A DNA stretch of 64,000 nt, taken from assembly GCA_051362555.1 (NCBI GenBank), contig CM120640.1, forward strand, positions 9,424,001-9,488,000, in the 5' to 3' direction. The notes beneath the pieces were generated by a model. It was given only the letters and a program-made list of their open reading frames with translations. It ran no database searches and was not told the origin of the DNA. How positions within the stretch are numbered: position 1 is the stretch's first letter; the number at the start of each line of letters is the position of its first letter. Made by a program: the position numbers and the translations under genes. Below are positions 1-13,100 of this stretch, piece after piece. Origin of the DNA: Lingula anatina. Its lineage: Eukaryota; Animalia; Brachiopoda.

Positions 1-1734
1 GTAGGTCTATAAAATCCTTTAGATCAGGGATGCACCAGCCTAATCTGCACCCAGAATTATAATTAACAGAGAAAGAGATGTTTGGAGCCTTAATAAACCT
101 CGAGCCTTTTCATATTAATTGATGTAGTTAACAACACAGGTGGGCTGCTATAAAATAACCAGCAGCAAGAGTCCATTAACATGTAAAGATATCTGTTAAT
201 GTGATAAAACTTTATTTTTCAAGTTTACAGAAACATGCAAATAAAAATTAAATATATTTTAATCTTTTATGTGTTACAATCTTCTACCAATTCAAAATCA
301 AGACTGCTCACTTTTTTTCACAGTTAACATAAAAGCATTTAACTAGCAAAATATTTATCAATATAAACTATATATTTTTAATTAATGCTTGTGTTGGGAA
401 ATTATCTAAACTGGCAAAACAAATATACAGTATATACTAAATTATTGGCAAAGACTATAATTTCATTAATAGTGCAATATACTTCGGGAGTCTCTTGCTA
501 GAGCAGTAGCACGCATGGTAGTCAGACACACCATCACCACTCAGCTCCCTGTGTGCAATCATTACAACACTCGGGACATCACTGACCAATCGCAGGTCAA
601 CTCCTTAATACTTAATTACAACGCGTTCACCATGTGCGTCCAGCATCAGATCAATCCCAGCAACCGGACCGCAGTCACAAAAAGTGTACAAGAATACCAC
701 CTCTACATAACATGCCACAACACAAGACCGCCAGAAGGTAAGAAACTTTATTTTAAACTCACCCCACCTTCAATACTTGCCAACCTCGCTCAAGTATCCA
801 TCTCAAAGGTATATAATAACTCTTCGTATGAGGTCTATATTTCACAATAAAAACATTGTGAATAACTCATAGAAATATAACATATTCTGTTTTACGACAA
901 AAACAGGAGTAATAGCTATTATTCTGATATCTGAGCTTGTCTTCAGACCACGTGACCTCCACTGATGGCTATACTCTGTTATAATCTCTTAAAAGATTTT
1001 AACAAAAAAACTAACTATTTAGAAAAAAAAACAGGGACTAACTTTGAATGTAAAAATGGATTCATTAACCATTGGTAAGTATGGGAAATTTGTTGTTTAC
1101 TCCTGGAAAATTCATTTTTGGCCAAAATGAATAAGTTATTATCCCTTTAACAATTTATCACGCCACTCGGTTGTCAAGGTGTTACTGCTCAAGCAACATG
1201 GGGTGACTCCCGCTCTTGCCACCAACACCAACCAATTATTGAATCGAGCAAATAATTTCTTCCACTCCTCTCATATAGCAACTATAAATAAACTTGCCTA
1301 AGGCAGTTTCATTGGCACCAATATTTCACCCTTTGTGTGCAGTTTCTCTGCTGTACTCCCTACATAACCTTACTCTTGAAACAAAACCTGTGCAGTACTG
1401 TTTTATTGACATAAATAGAGTGCAATTTTTACCACTTTTATAATTTGAAAAAAGCAACCATGACCTGACAATTTTCACTGTATTTAGTTACCACCTCCCA
1501 AAAAATATTTTGCATACATCCATACACATTTAAAACTTACGCAATTAAAATAATTTTTATTCTTCAATTATTCACTGATACATGACAGTATAATATTAAT
1601 TGCAATGTATGGTGTATTAATTAATGTATGATGGCAAAACAATCTGACCCTTCAGAAAGGTCCAGACAAGATGACCCCTGTCTAGTGTTAAGAAATCATC
1701 CCTGCTAGAGCCTGCCCAAGGTCCTGTAAGTGTA

Positions 1735-3557
1735 TTAGACTGGTGTACCAGGTCCTAGAAGTCCACTGTCAGGGGCAGAGTCCCAGATGACTTTTTGGAC
1801 ACCTTTAAACTGTGGATGCTTAGCATCTGCCACCAGGGACAGCAGGGCACTCTCACTTGTGGTAAGGAAGGCACCAGCTTCCTTCATCCGCTGTAAAGCA
1901 AACATTCTGAAATGTAAAAGTACTTTGAAATTGAATCCGGTGTGCAACATTAAAACAAAGCCTAGCAGTCTGTCTGAAAGCACTTCATCATATGGCAACG
2001 ATGACAATCATACAACTGTCAATCAGCAAAGTGTTAATCAGCATCATAAACTTTACATAATTGTTTGGGTCTTTCTACATGCAAATTGTGTTATACAGAT
2101 TTATCTTACAAACATGTATAAACATATATGACACTGACTTTTAACAATCCATCAGATTTATACCACCATTTTGTCTTAAAAACCATATCTACTGTACCTG
2201 TCCACCATGCTCCTAGATGATATACCATCCACTATGACGTGAACATCATATCCCCTTTCTAACAGGTCCAGTGCAGTTAGCTGGATACAGACATGACCCT
2301 CTATACCACACAGTAATATGGATTTTATATCTGGAATTGTGAATTGTTAAAAATTTTTGCATAATATGAATGAGCCAGGTTATATATTCATTTGTTAAAA
2401 GTAATATGACTTCGAATTTTTTTACATTACATTCTACTTTTAATTTGCCAGATGGTGCGTTTTCTGTGTCTAGTCAAGCAGTTCCTTTTCACATTATGTT
2501 GTACATTTGCAAGGTATATACACTGGAAACCAATTGACTGTCATTAAAAACAACATGTATTCTTCATGTATTAAACTGTAGTATCCACTATGTATCTTAT
2601 TGAAGTGCCATCATTTGGTGTTTATAGAAATACTGCAAATCTGTAATGATGAGACAACATTGTCACATATTTTCTCACAGTTACTAAACTATTTGACAGT
2701 ATGCAACACCGAAGGTGAGAGCTAGTAAGGGGAGAATTTAAGAGGCTTTACAGCACACACCATTCACCTTAACTTTACTTGTATCTTTCAAGCAAAACAG
2801 TGAAAGAGGAAAATGTACATAACATTGATGTAGCTACAGTATGCTAGTAGGCTCATTGTTTGGACTACCACAGTAGGTGAGTAGCTACCAACCTGGGTAT
2901 TTGCTAAGGTGTTCCTCCACCTCTGGTATGGCCATTGTAAATTTAGTCTTTGGGAATACTTTATGGTGCTTCACATTCAGTTCACTTACAGTTGGACCAA
3001 GACCTAAACATTAAAACCATGTTAAATATTTATTGATAAGGGTTGATTTTATTACTCGTATGAAGCATTTAAATGAAAAACACTTAGTTCTCACTACATA
3101 ATAATTTGTGTTTTAATTTTTGTACTTTATTAAGGGTTACTATGGTAATATATACAAGTGTAATAATAATTAAATTCATTCATTTTGTATTTCGAAATAC
3201 AAAATTGCAAAGAATAATAATAATTACTCTAAATTTATCTTCAATCCCCCCCCCCAAAAAAAAAAGAAGAAGAAGAAAATGCAATTTGAAGAAATTAGAG
3301 GCAACCTAGATGTAATGTACGATCAAAGGTCGTACGGCAACGCTATCATTATCAAGGCGTTCCGTCTACTGACCTTTCGGGTATTGCTCAGTCACAACAA
3401 CAGGCATATTCAAATGTTCACTGGCAGCAAGCACCCTCCTGGCCACTTCAATAACTGCAGGATAATAGCTTATTGTTTTACGAAATCCTTCTTGCATGTC
3501 ACACAAAAAGAAGGCGCTGGATTGCACCGCAATCTTCCCTAGCTTACGACCAGACAT
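1735..3557 (-). CDS. ISOC2: Isochorismatase domain-containing protein (ISOC2-like), 4 exons: 3557-3374, 3003-2893, 2330-2198, 1906-1735
   Basis: Spliced translation [26 protein letters not shown]...[14 protein letters not shown]...FPKTKFTM...[46 protein letters not shown]...TTSES...HPQFK. All three introns are GT-AG with consistent phases. ISOC1 vs ISOC2 orthology is a judgement based on the short N-terminus. Confidence 0.9.
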
Positions 3558-4996
3558 GCTGTCTTGTTTTCTTTGGTTGAAAATAGTGCTCCGCACACAA
3601 ATGATTTGATAAAATCTCTACCTAAATAACTTAAATTCATAATAGCTGATGATCACGTATACAAAAAATAATATTGTAAAAATAAAGCACCACCAACATT
3701 TGATTTAACATTATAAGATAATATTTATTCTAAAATTTCTATGTAGCAGTCCGAAGTGCTTGACCTTCACTTCAAGATGAGCCCAAATGATTGCTGTATC
3801 TTACGTTGTTGATTTTGATCAAGCTAAAGAACCTTTATGATATTTAACTAAATATTTTAATGAAAATGGTTTATTTTAACATAATGCACTAACTGTATGA
3901 GCGAAATATCTGACTAGCTTATCTTGAGAGCGATGTCAAATTTTTAATTAAAACACGCACCACAAATGTCATTAAAATGTTAAAGGTCGATTTGACCTTT
4001 TCTTCTTGTAGGGAGGGGTAGGGAGTCCAGTTAAAAGCAGTTGAATTTAGTTGTTTTTCGTTTTTCATTAGTTTTCAACCTGCCAATACATATTGAACTT
4101 TCGAAGTGGCCCCTGAACTGTGCAATGACCTAGATAGCTAGTTAGCTATCTCGGTTCATTTATGTGCTCAGGGTGCTGCAGCAGCGTAGGTACAGCTAGG
4201 CGACGCTAAAGGTGAAGTCTGGGGCAGCTGGACTAGTGGGTGATTAAGCAGACCAACCGAAGAGTAGCTGTTATTTGTGCATGTAAATAATTTGGGAAAT
4301 ATTTAAGAAGGGGTAGATTTTGTACTTTTTGCCTCAGTTTTCGGTCTTCCTATTTATACTGGTATGCAAACGTACCCTTACCGTTACCTCTTGATCCTTA
4401 GCGTTACCGTTAGAATGTTGCGTTTGTTACCTGGGATTTTATGTTTCGTTTGTTGCTATTGAGAATCATTTTGTTCAGTCTTTTAGTTCCGCTTATTCGA
4501 TGAGTCGCAAGTTCATTTATAAAGGTCAGTTTACAGAGATAACTAAGTTGTGAACAATTCATATATAATAATATATAATTTTATCACCAAAACGATGATT
4601 ATTGCAATTATTCTGGAACCAGTGCTTGCCACCGGACCATTTTACCTCCATAGATTGCTGCTCTCTGTAATAATCTCTTAAGATTAAGTTTGATCCTTTG
4701 TATGGGGGTGAAGTTATCCCTTTAATATTTCTTAACTTAGCTTGCCTCCATTCTTATAACATCCAAAAATGAATATTAGAGGAAAGTGCAGCAACCGAAG
4801 ATTAAATCCTCCCAGGGACCAAGCAAAACAGAGAAACATGATCTAGCCTGCTGAGCAACGCCAATTCAACGAGTCAGTGAATGCATTGTTTACAAAAGGT
4901 CCTACCAAACAACAGTTGTTTGGTGGGTGGCAGGTTTACTTATCATCATATTGGTAGACCACTTCTCCGGTCAGCTTAGCTACCTTGGTAGGTGTG

Positions 4997-5029
4997 GTGC
5001 TGGATTGCAACGTAATCTTCGCTGGCTTA
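4997..5029 (-). pseudogene. Decayed duplicate fragment of ISOC exon 1
   Basis: 28/33 nt identical to 3514-3546 in the same orientation, with weaker similarity on both sides; no intact ORF or ATG. Confidence 0.45.
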
Positions 5030-6559
5030 GACACAGAGTTTTGCTCTGTGTAAAATTGAGTATGCTTTGATTACCATAGGCTGAAATCAATCTAGAACCA
5101 AACCTTTATGCTGGATCCTAGAATCAATAAACTGTTTCATTGTGTAAAACTTCAGAACTTCAGAAAAGTGCATGTCATTCCAGCCTTACATTGTTCTGTA
5201 ATATAATGGAATACAATGGGATTTTTATATACTAGATAGTCAATATGAATAGGCCTACATAGACTGGGTTCAAGTTTTTATTTTATGCTCCTATTTATTT
5301 ATTTATTTATTTATTTTATTTTATTTTTTTTCATTTTTTTTTTTTTTTACTTGAACTGGATATGGGGATTCGCCCAATTTCAATCGTGGAATTCTCTAAT
5401 GTTGGCACCAGCAAAATAAAAGTAGTAATAATAAATAAGTAAATGATTTAATCTATTAGATTAAAAAAAGAATACCAAAGGAACTTTGTAGCTTTTAAAG
5501 GATAAGGTGGCTATGCATCAACTGTCAGTGTTTTTAGTACCACCAGCGTGTACGCTGGCGGTACTCATGGTTTTAGTCCCGACCCGTCTCGTCCGGCTCT
5601 GCCGGCTCCGCCGGCTCCGTTGGCTCCGCCGGCTCCGCGTACTGGCGCCGGATACAAGTCACCGTTACCGCTTCTCCTCCTAGACCGCAAGGACCCCTGT
5701 CCTCATCTCTTGGATTTAGGTCACATATAACCTCAACTTGAACCCCCAGGTTTTTTTGTCTCAGTCAGTGCATTAACCTGGGCGTGACGCTCGTTGAAAT
5801 GCACCCTTGTCAAAATTTCTGAAAATTCAATGCCAATTATCTACCCTATGGAAGGAATTATGGGAAAATTTTCTACAGACGGCTTTCCAAAAGTCATATG
5901 TGTAGATTTCAAATATGCCCTTGGATTTGACCTTTGACCTTTATTTCAAGGTCAAACGGGCCAAAATTTTCAAAAAAATGAAATTTTTTACAAAAAAAAT
6001 ATTATATGTGCTGTTATTCAGACACTACACAGACTTAACCAATGATTTTATTGGAAAATGTTACCCTTCAGGTCATCTTTCATCTGTGTGAATTTGGGGT
6101 CAATCGGTGCATTTTCACGGGTGTAGCGGCCATAAGATACCGAAACTGAAAACTGTCTCTAATTCGGGAACCGTTAATGCTAGAGACCCATTCTTTTTTG
6201 CATTTTGTAGAGCATGTAAAGCCCAACACTGGAGGTGGTCTCCGTTTTTTTGTATTCCATAAGGTTTTCGAGTTACGCTGTATCAAAAAGTACATATTGG
6301 TGGTGAAAGCAAAATGTGCAGTACGGTAATGGATAATAAATTTTGAACTCTGGAAAAATAAAACATAAAGCTTGGCAAAGCAGACAACTTGTGGTCAAAA
6401 ATGACATTATTTCATCAAATTTGAACTTCTGGAACTTCAAAGCACCTCCCATTTCAAGAATTTTTGACCAAAATGACCTTTTCTTTATTTTAATTAATTT
6501 TTTCTGTAGGAAATTTATGGCACATTAAGGTAACTCCGAAATTATAACATTTAGTCCCT

Positions 6560-9500
6560 TATATCTCTAAAACTGGCAGAGATAGGTCCATAGTTACTAT
6601 TGAAGTTGAATAGGAAGTCATATACTGGCAATCTTACTGTGACCTTGAAATTGACCTTTGACCTACTTTTCACCATAAATTGAACTTTGCAAATTTTGCC
6701 TCCCTTTTATCTCCAAAACTGGCAGAGATAGGTCCATAGTTACTATTGAAGTTGAATAGGAAGTCATATACTGGCAATCTAAATGTGACCTTAAAATTGA
6801 CCTTTGACCTACTTTTCACCATGAACTGAACTTTGCAAATTTTGCCTCCCTTTTATCTCCAAAACTGGCAGAGATAGGTCCATAGTTTCTATTGAACTTG
6901 AATATGAAGTCATATACTGGCAATTTAAATGTGACCTTGAAATTGACCTTTGACCTACTTTTCACCATGAACTGAACTTTGGAAAGTTTGCTTCCCTTTT
7001 ATCTCCAAAACTAGCAGAGATAGGTCCATAGTTACTATTGAAGTTGAATAGGAAGTCATAAACTGGCAATCTAAATGTGACCTTAAAATTGACCTTTGAC
7101 CTACTTTTCACCATGAACTGAACTCTGCTAATTTCTTTCTCTTTTAACTCCAAACCTGGCAGAGATAGGTCCATAGTTACTATTGAAGTTGAATAGGAGG
7201 TCATATATTGGCAATCTAAATGTGACCTTGAAATTGACCTTTGACCTACTTTTTATCATGAATTGAACTTTGCAAATTTTGGTTCCCTTTTATCTCCAAA
7301 ACTGGCAGAGATAGGTCCATAGTTACTATTGAACTTGAATAGGAAGTCATATACTGGCAATCTTACTGTGACCTTGAAATTGACCTTTGACCTACTTTTC
7401 ATCATGAACTGAACTTTGCAAATTTTGCTTCCCTTTTATCTCCAAAGTTACGCTGTATCAAAAAGTACATTTTGGTGGTTAAAGCAAAATGTGCAGTACG
7501 GTAATGGATAATAAATTTTGAACTCTGGAAAAATAAAACATAAGGCTTGGCAAAGCAGGCAACTTGTGGTCGAAAATGACATTATTTCATCAAATTTGAA
7601 CATCTGGAACTTCAGAGCACCTCCCATTTCAAGAGTTTTGACCAAAATGACCTTTTCTTTATTTTAATTAATTTTTTTCCGTAGGAAATTTATGGCACAT
7701 TATGGTAACTCCAAAATAATAACATTTAGTCCCTTATATCTCCAAAACTGGCAGAGATAAGTCCATAGTTACTATTGAAGTTGAATAGGAAGTCATGTAC
7801 TGGCAATCTTACTGTGACCTTGAAATTGACCTTTGACCTACTTTTCACCATGAACTGAACTTTGCAAATTTTGGTTCCCTTTTATCTCCAAAACTGGCAG
7901 AGATAGGTCCATAGTTACTATTGAAGATGAATAGGAAGTCATCACCCTGAGCTTCAGAGCTGACTTGACACTAATCTTTTCACTGTAGCCTATCTCCATC
8001 GTGTCAAGTAACCTCTGACCAGATTCGAGTGCCCCCGCCGCCCGCCAATCAAATTTAAAGCCCGCTCTCAATGACTCATTGAACGATCTAGCCAATGAAC
8101 GCGAACGAGTCAAAGCGCGCTTTGTTCAAATCCGGACCAATCAAAGATAAGGCTGAATATCAGGGACTTGCCGTAACCTGTGGGCAGCACGCAAAATACA
8201 TCATCCCTCAGTAGATAATGATGCAGGGCATCATACTGCTCTGGTTTCAATTCCGATATACTCCATGCTTTCTTTGTGTACGGTTATGCACTCAGAACCA
8301 CTCGGAACTACTCGGATGTCTCCGCACTCGACAATAACTATGTTGTTAGTATGGAGCTTGCGGAATCAGCCGAGGATTGCCGATTGACGATCAACCAATC
8401 AGCGTTTTCACCAAACTTTGGTGAAAAATTTTGAAACATGGATTCTATTGGCTTATATAAAATAGGTCAAACTATTTTCGTCAGAGGTTACTTGACACGA
8501 TGGAGATAGGCTACAGTGAAAAGGTTAGTGTCAAGTCAGCTCTGAAGCTCAGGGTGGAAGTCATATACTGGCAATCTAAATGTGACCTTGAAATTGACCT
8601 TTGACCTACTTTTTATCATGAATTGAACTTTGCAAATTTTGGTTCCCTTTTATCTCCAAAACTGGCAGAGATAGGTCCATAGTTACTATTGAACTTGAAT
8701 AGGAAGTCATATACTGGCAATCTTACTGTGACCTTGAAATTGACCTTTGACCTACTTTTCATCATGAACTGAACTTTGCAAATTTTGATTCCCTTTTATC
8801 TCCAAAGTTACGCTGTATCAAAAAGTACATTTTGGTGGTTAAAGCAAAATGTGCAGTACGGTAATGGATAATAAATTTTGAACTCCGGAAAAATAAAACA
8901 TAAGGCTTGGCAAAGCAGGCAACTTGTGGTCGAAAATGACATTATTTCATCAAATTTGAACATCTGGAACTTCAGAGCACCTCCCATTTCAAGAATTTTG
9001 ACCAAAATGACCTTTTCTTTATTTTAATTAATTTTTTCCGTAGGAAATTTATGGCACATTATGGTAACTCCAAAATTATAACATTTAGTCCCTTATATCT
9101 CCAAAACTGGCAGAGTCAAGTCCATAGTTACTATTGAAGTTGAATAGGAAGTCATGTACTGGCAATCTTACTGTGACCTTGAAATTGACCTTTGACCTAC
9201 TTTTCACCATGAACTGAACTTTGCAAATTTTGCCTCCCTTTTATCTCCAAAACTGGCAGAGATAGGTCCATAGTTTCTATTGAACTTGAATATGAAGTCA
9301 TATACTGGCAATTTAAATGTGACCTTGAAATTGACCTTTGACCTACTTTTCACCATGAACTAAACTTTGCAAATTTTGCTTCCCTTTTATCTCCAAAAGT
9401 AGCAGAGATAGGTCCATAGTTACTATTGAAGTTGAATAGGAAGTCATATACTGGCAATCTAAGTGTGACCTTGAAATTGACCTTTGACCTACTTTTCACC

Positions 9501-9650
9501 ATGAACTGAACTCTGCTAATTTCTTTCTCTTTTAACTCCAAACCTGGCAGAGATAGGTCCATAGTTACTATTGAAGTTGAATAGGAAGTCATATACTGGC
9601 AATTTACTGTGACCTTGAAATTGACCTTTGACCTACCTTACGATGAACTT
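6560..9650. repeat. 146-bp tandem repeat array (about 13 units in blocks of 6+3+4) interrupted by two re-duplicated ~300-bp flank segments and a MITE
   Basis: The GAAGTCAT/TGACCTTTGACCT motifs recur every 146 nt; segment GTTACGCTGTATCAAAAAG... recurs at ~6272, 7446 and 8806. Confidence 0.95.
7943..8556. mobile_element. 614-bp MITE with 77-bp TIRs and 8-bp TSD (hAT- or P-like), nested in the satellite array
   Basis: TIRs 7943-8019 and 8480-8556 match at 76/77 nt and start with CACCCTGAG; GAAGTCAT is duplicated at 7935-7942 and 8557-8564. Confidence 0.93.
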
Positions 9651-10154
9651 AACTTTGATTGTACCATTTTAAGTTATATATATTTTTTGCGTATTTTGAA
9701 AATTCTTGTTGATTGCATTTTTATAGCTTGTCAAGCATAAGACTGGTGGCTGTGTCCCTTATTTTGTGTATGTGGGGGTCTATACAAGTGCGCTTGCTCC
9801 AGCTGGTGGTACAATATTCGGAGGCGGTATCGCCTCTCTGATCCTCTAGTTTTGATTTGCAAACATGCTTGATTTACAGCCATGAGAGACCATAGGCATG
9901 ACTTGCATTTTTGTGTTTGCTTATTTAAATCAGGATTACAAAATGGTTCCATTTGGTCTATGTACCAATGTAGTGAGAATGATTGAAATGCATGTTTTAA
10001 GTAAAATTGGTGAACAAATATAAAGTTATAGTAGGTTGAATAATATATTGACTGTGATACTCTGTTTATTGTGTAGGATGGCATTTCCATAAGCTTTTTT
10101 ACTGTCAACCAGTGTCCATGCATTCGGACATTTAACTAATTAAATATACTAAAC

Positions 10155-13100
10155 ATGCTTTTTGGTAAGTGTTTTGAATTTGTTCATATGTTTTGTGATC
10201 CTGCAGCTTATTTCCTACTGATAAAGAAAAATCCTTTTTTTTTTTTCATTTAAGAGTCAGGCACCTGCATCTGACTACGTACATACATTTTCCTCAGAAA
10301 CACCATAGAAGGAAAACCCTATTAGTGTTACTTATTATACTCAGAATAACAGCAATGACTTTAAGTACTGAAATACAGCTCAGTTTTAAAACCACTTTTA
10401 TTAATTTCTTTCTTTCTTTCTTTCTTTATTAATTTATTTATTAATTAATTTATTATTATTATTATTATTATTATTTGTTTGTGAACTTTTCACACTTTGA
10501 AATTTTCAAAGTGTGAATTTGACAGTAGTACATAATTAAAATTTGGTTTATTAATTATGATGTTCAGCACTATATACATAATATTACATGGAAATTGACC
10601 TAAAAACATTTAGTGCATTGTCATAGTTAATTCCATAAAAGTAAAACTGAGTTACTTATTATTCTTAAACTGACAAGAATGATTTGAAGGACTAAAATAA
10701 CTGTGGAGTTAAATCAGCCTGATTAGATTATTTTTTCCTGAAGTTAGATGTTTTTGTTAATTTTTCACTTTTCACAAATGGCATTTTCTTGGTGTTTTTG
10801 AATTCCAATGGGACTGAAGCCATGTGCTACTTATATTTAGTCTTTTCCAATCCAAAAGAAATCATTTTTCAGACATATGCAGATCCGAAAAGCATTGCAT
10901 GAACATTGCATTTTTTTTTTCTGTAGGTATCCTTTTGTCAGCAAACTACTGATGTAATACGTAGCTGAAGAGATTGCACATACTGTTTGTCCGAGAAAAA
11001 AAGTGGTCAACAAGAAAAAAGAAGAAAAAAAAAGAAAAACCTGCACATTGGTTGCTGATTACTGACAGCTGGCAATAAGTCATTTGAAAGGAGACAATGT
11101 ATACAAATTACAAACAGAGGTACAAGCCCAAATTTTGAAATAAATTAGATTGATTCTTAATGGAGCATATTATTTTCAATGAAACAAAAGTATGTAATTA
11201 ATTAATGAATACGAACATTTAAGGTTAACTTTTTCTTCCATGGCACTCAACAAGACTACTAGCATTCAACACAGTAAAAAAAATGTAAAATAAGTATACA
11301 AGAAGATTTGTACTGAGTTACTTATTATTCTTAAACTGTACCGATTTGTGAACTTTTTTTTTAGCTCAGAGGCAGGTGTTATCACAGGCCAGTCAAAGTC
11401 CAGATCATTTGTTTCCTTCTCCATAAATGGAAAGGCCTATCAAGGTAGTCTTTTGATACTTACATTTGTATATTTTAATCAGAATTTATAATCTCAGAAT
11501 TTAGACTTTACCGTGATATATAAAAGTTTAAGGCAAAGGAAGAAAACCAAGTCTGAAGTAAAATTCTTCAGTATTTAAAATTGTTTAGTTGTAGTATGCT
11601 ATTCATCGGTCTTGAACAAAATACTTTTCCTTGGGGGTCATTTTTTAACTTTTGCTCCCAATTTCTTAATAGATATTTTAGGCAGATTTTAAGTTGGATT
11701 TTATTTCTCTTCTAGTCAGTGGTGAACACAGCCTAGACACTCCTCTGGCAGTTTTTATTCGTGATGTAGCGGGCTTAAAGGGAACAAAGATCTCATGTCG
11801 GGAGGGAGGATGTGGTGTTTGTATTGTTTCAGCTAAGAAGTATGACCCAACCACCAAGAAGTGTATTACCATTTCTATAAATTCGGTATGCTTGTTGTCA
11901 CTACTGAAAAACATGGTTTATTGTTGACTTTCTATTCTTTTCAAGAAAAGCTGAACTTTGAAATATATATATATTTGACTTAGAATTGACAAGTTCTCAG
12001 CTGTTTGTATACCATACAAAACCCTGGAGTTTAATTCTGTTTATGATTAATGTTCTGATCAGTGTGGCAAATATGAAAGCGTAGCTTATAAGGATGACTC
12101 AGACCTTTGAAAGCTTGCATGTGTTAATAGAAGTCTGTTTTCTAATTAGAAAATCTAAAAATCGCATTGAAAATGAAAGAAAAATTCTTCTTTTAATATA
12201 ATATTTTATATATATCTAAGTAGTTAAATCTTTAAAACAAGATTTATATATTTTATGTGCCAATTCTTCATAAATTGTTAAAAAAGATATTTAAATTCAT
12301 TTCAGTGTTTGTGCCCTGTGTATTCCTGTGATGGCATGGAAATCACCACAGTGGAGGGACTGGGGGATAAGACCAATGGCTATCACCCCATCCAAACCAG
12401 ACTGGCAGATTACAATGGAACCCAGTGTGGCTTCTGCAGTCCAGGCATGGTCATGAACATGTACAGGTAGGAGATTGTTATGAAAGTATGGAAAGGGTGG
12501 TTTTGTTAGGTAACATTCAGCCACTAATGCAAAAAGAAAAGAAATGGAATTGTACATTGTATTAATTCAAATTGGTACATGTGTCTTTAAATCAGCCATG
12601 CGTTATGCATAATGGCCATTCCAAGCATTCTACTCCACACATTTTCCCTTTGTAACATCTTTTTTTCTTCTAATTTTTTTCAAATGATGCTTTGAAAAAG
12701 AAACTTGATGAAAATACTTAACATTAAATGTCTGAGTGTAAGTTGGAAGGAAGAGAAATGTCAGAAAGATTAAGTAAAAAATATGGAATGGCTCATGAAG
12801 TGGGAGATGTTGAGTACATATTTAATGAAATGTTTGCATTTATGCATATCTCAGTCTGATAATATAGATCTGTCATTAATGCATGGTTTATATATGATAT
12901 TCAGCTTATTGAATGAAAACCCGAAACCTAGCAGTAAGGAAGTGGAGGACAACTATGATGGCAACATTTGCAGATGTACAGGTATGATTTTAAAACTAGA
13001 TCATAGTTTTTAGTGGGCTTGATTTGGTCTTAAAGTGCAATTTAAGATCACAAAAAGTCTTACATGATCTTAAACCATGAGTAAGACCATTTCTGGCCTA

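Larger units (their letters stand above)
5535..9849 (+). mobile_element. Non-autonomous Helentron/HINE (DINE-1/pearl-like) element with internal satellite array, copy 1
   Basis: 5' subterminal repeat GTACCACCAGC (5537-5547) with adjacent inverted copy (5554-5564); 9-bp CCGGCTCCG microsatellite; central 146-bp tandem array; 3' subterminal GCTGGTGGTAC (9802-9812); hairpin GAGGCG-gtat-CGCCTC (9821-9836); terminal CTAG (9846-9849). Sits in T-runs with no TSD. A second copy with the same ends lies at 31622-34677. Confidence 0.88.

Noticed and set aside
515-850. 111-aa ORF and a weak C/D-box-like pattern on the minus strand
   Set aside because: No recognisable domain or splice context; box C is imperfect and there is no terminal stem; probably UTR or intergenic sequence
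1787-2131. Antisense ORFs overlapping real exons (also 28073-28378, 14178-14507, 61794-62069)
   Set aside because: Explained as shadows of the coding strand; no independent evidence
6080-9592. Repeated ORFs in the element (also 32690-34161, e.g. MVKSRSKVNFKVTFRLP...)
   Set aside because: By-products of the satellite and flank sequence; no Rep/helicase or transposase motifs, and frames shift between units
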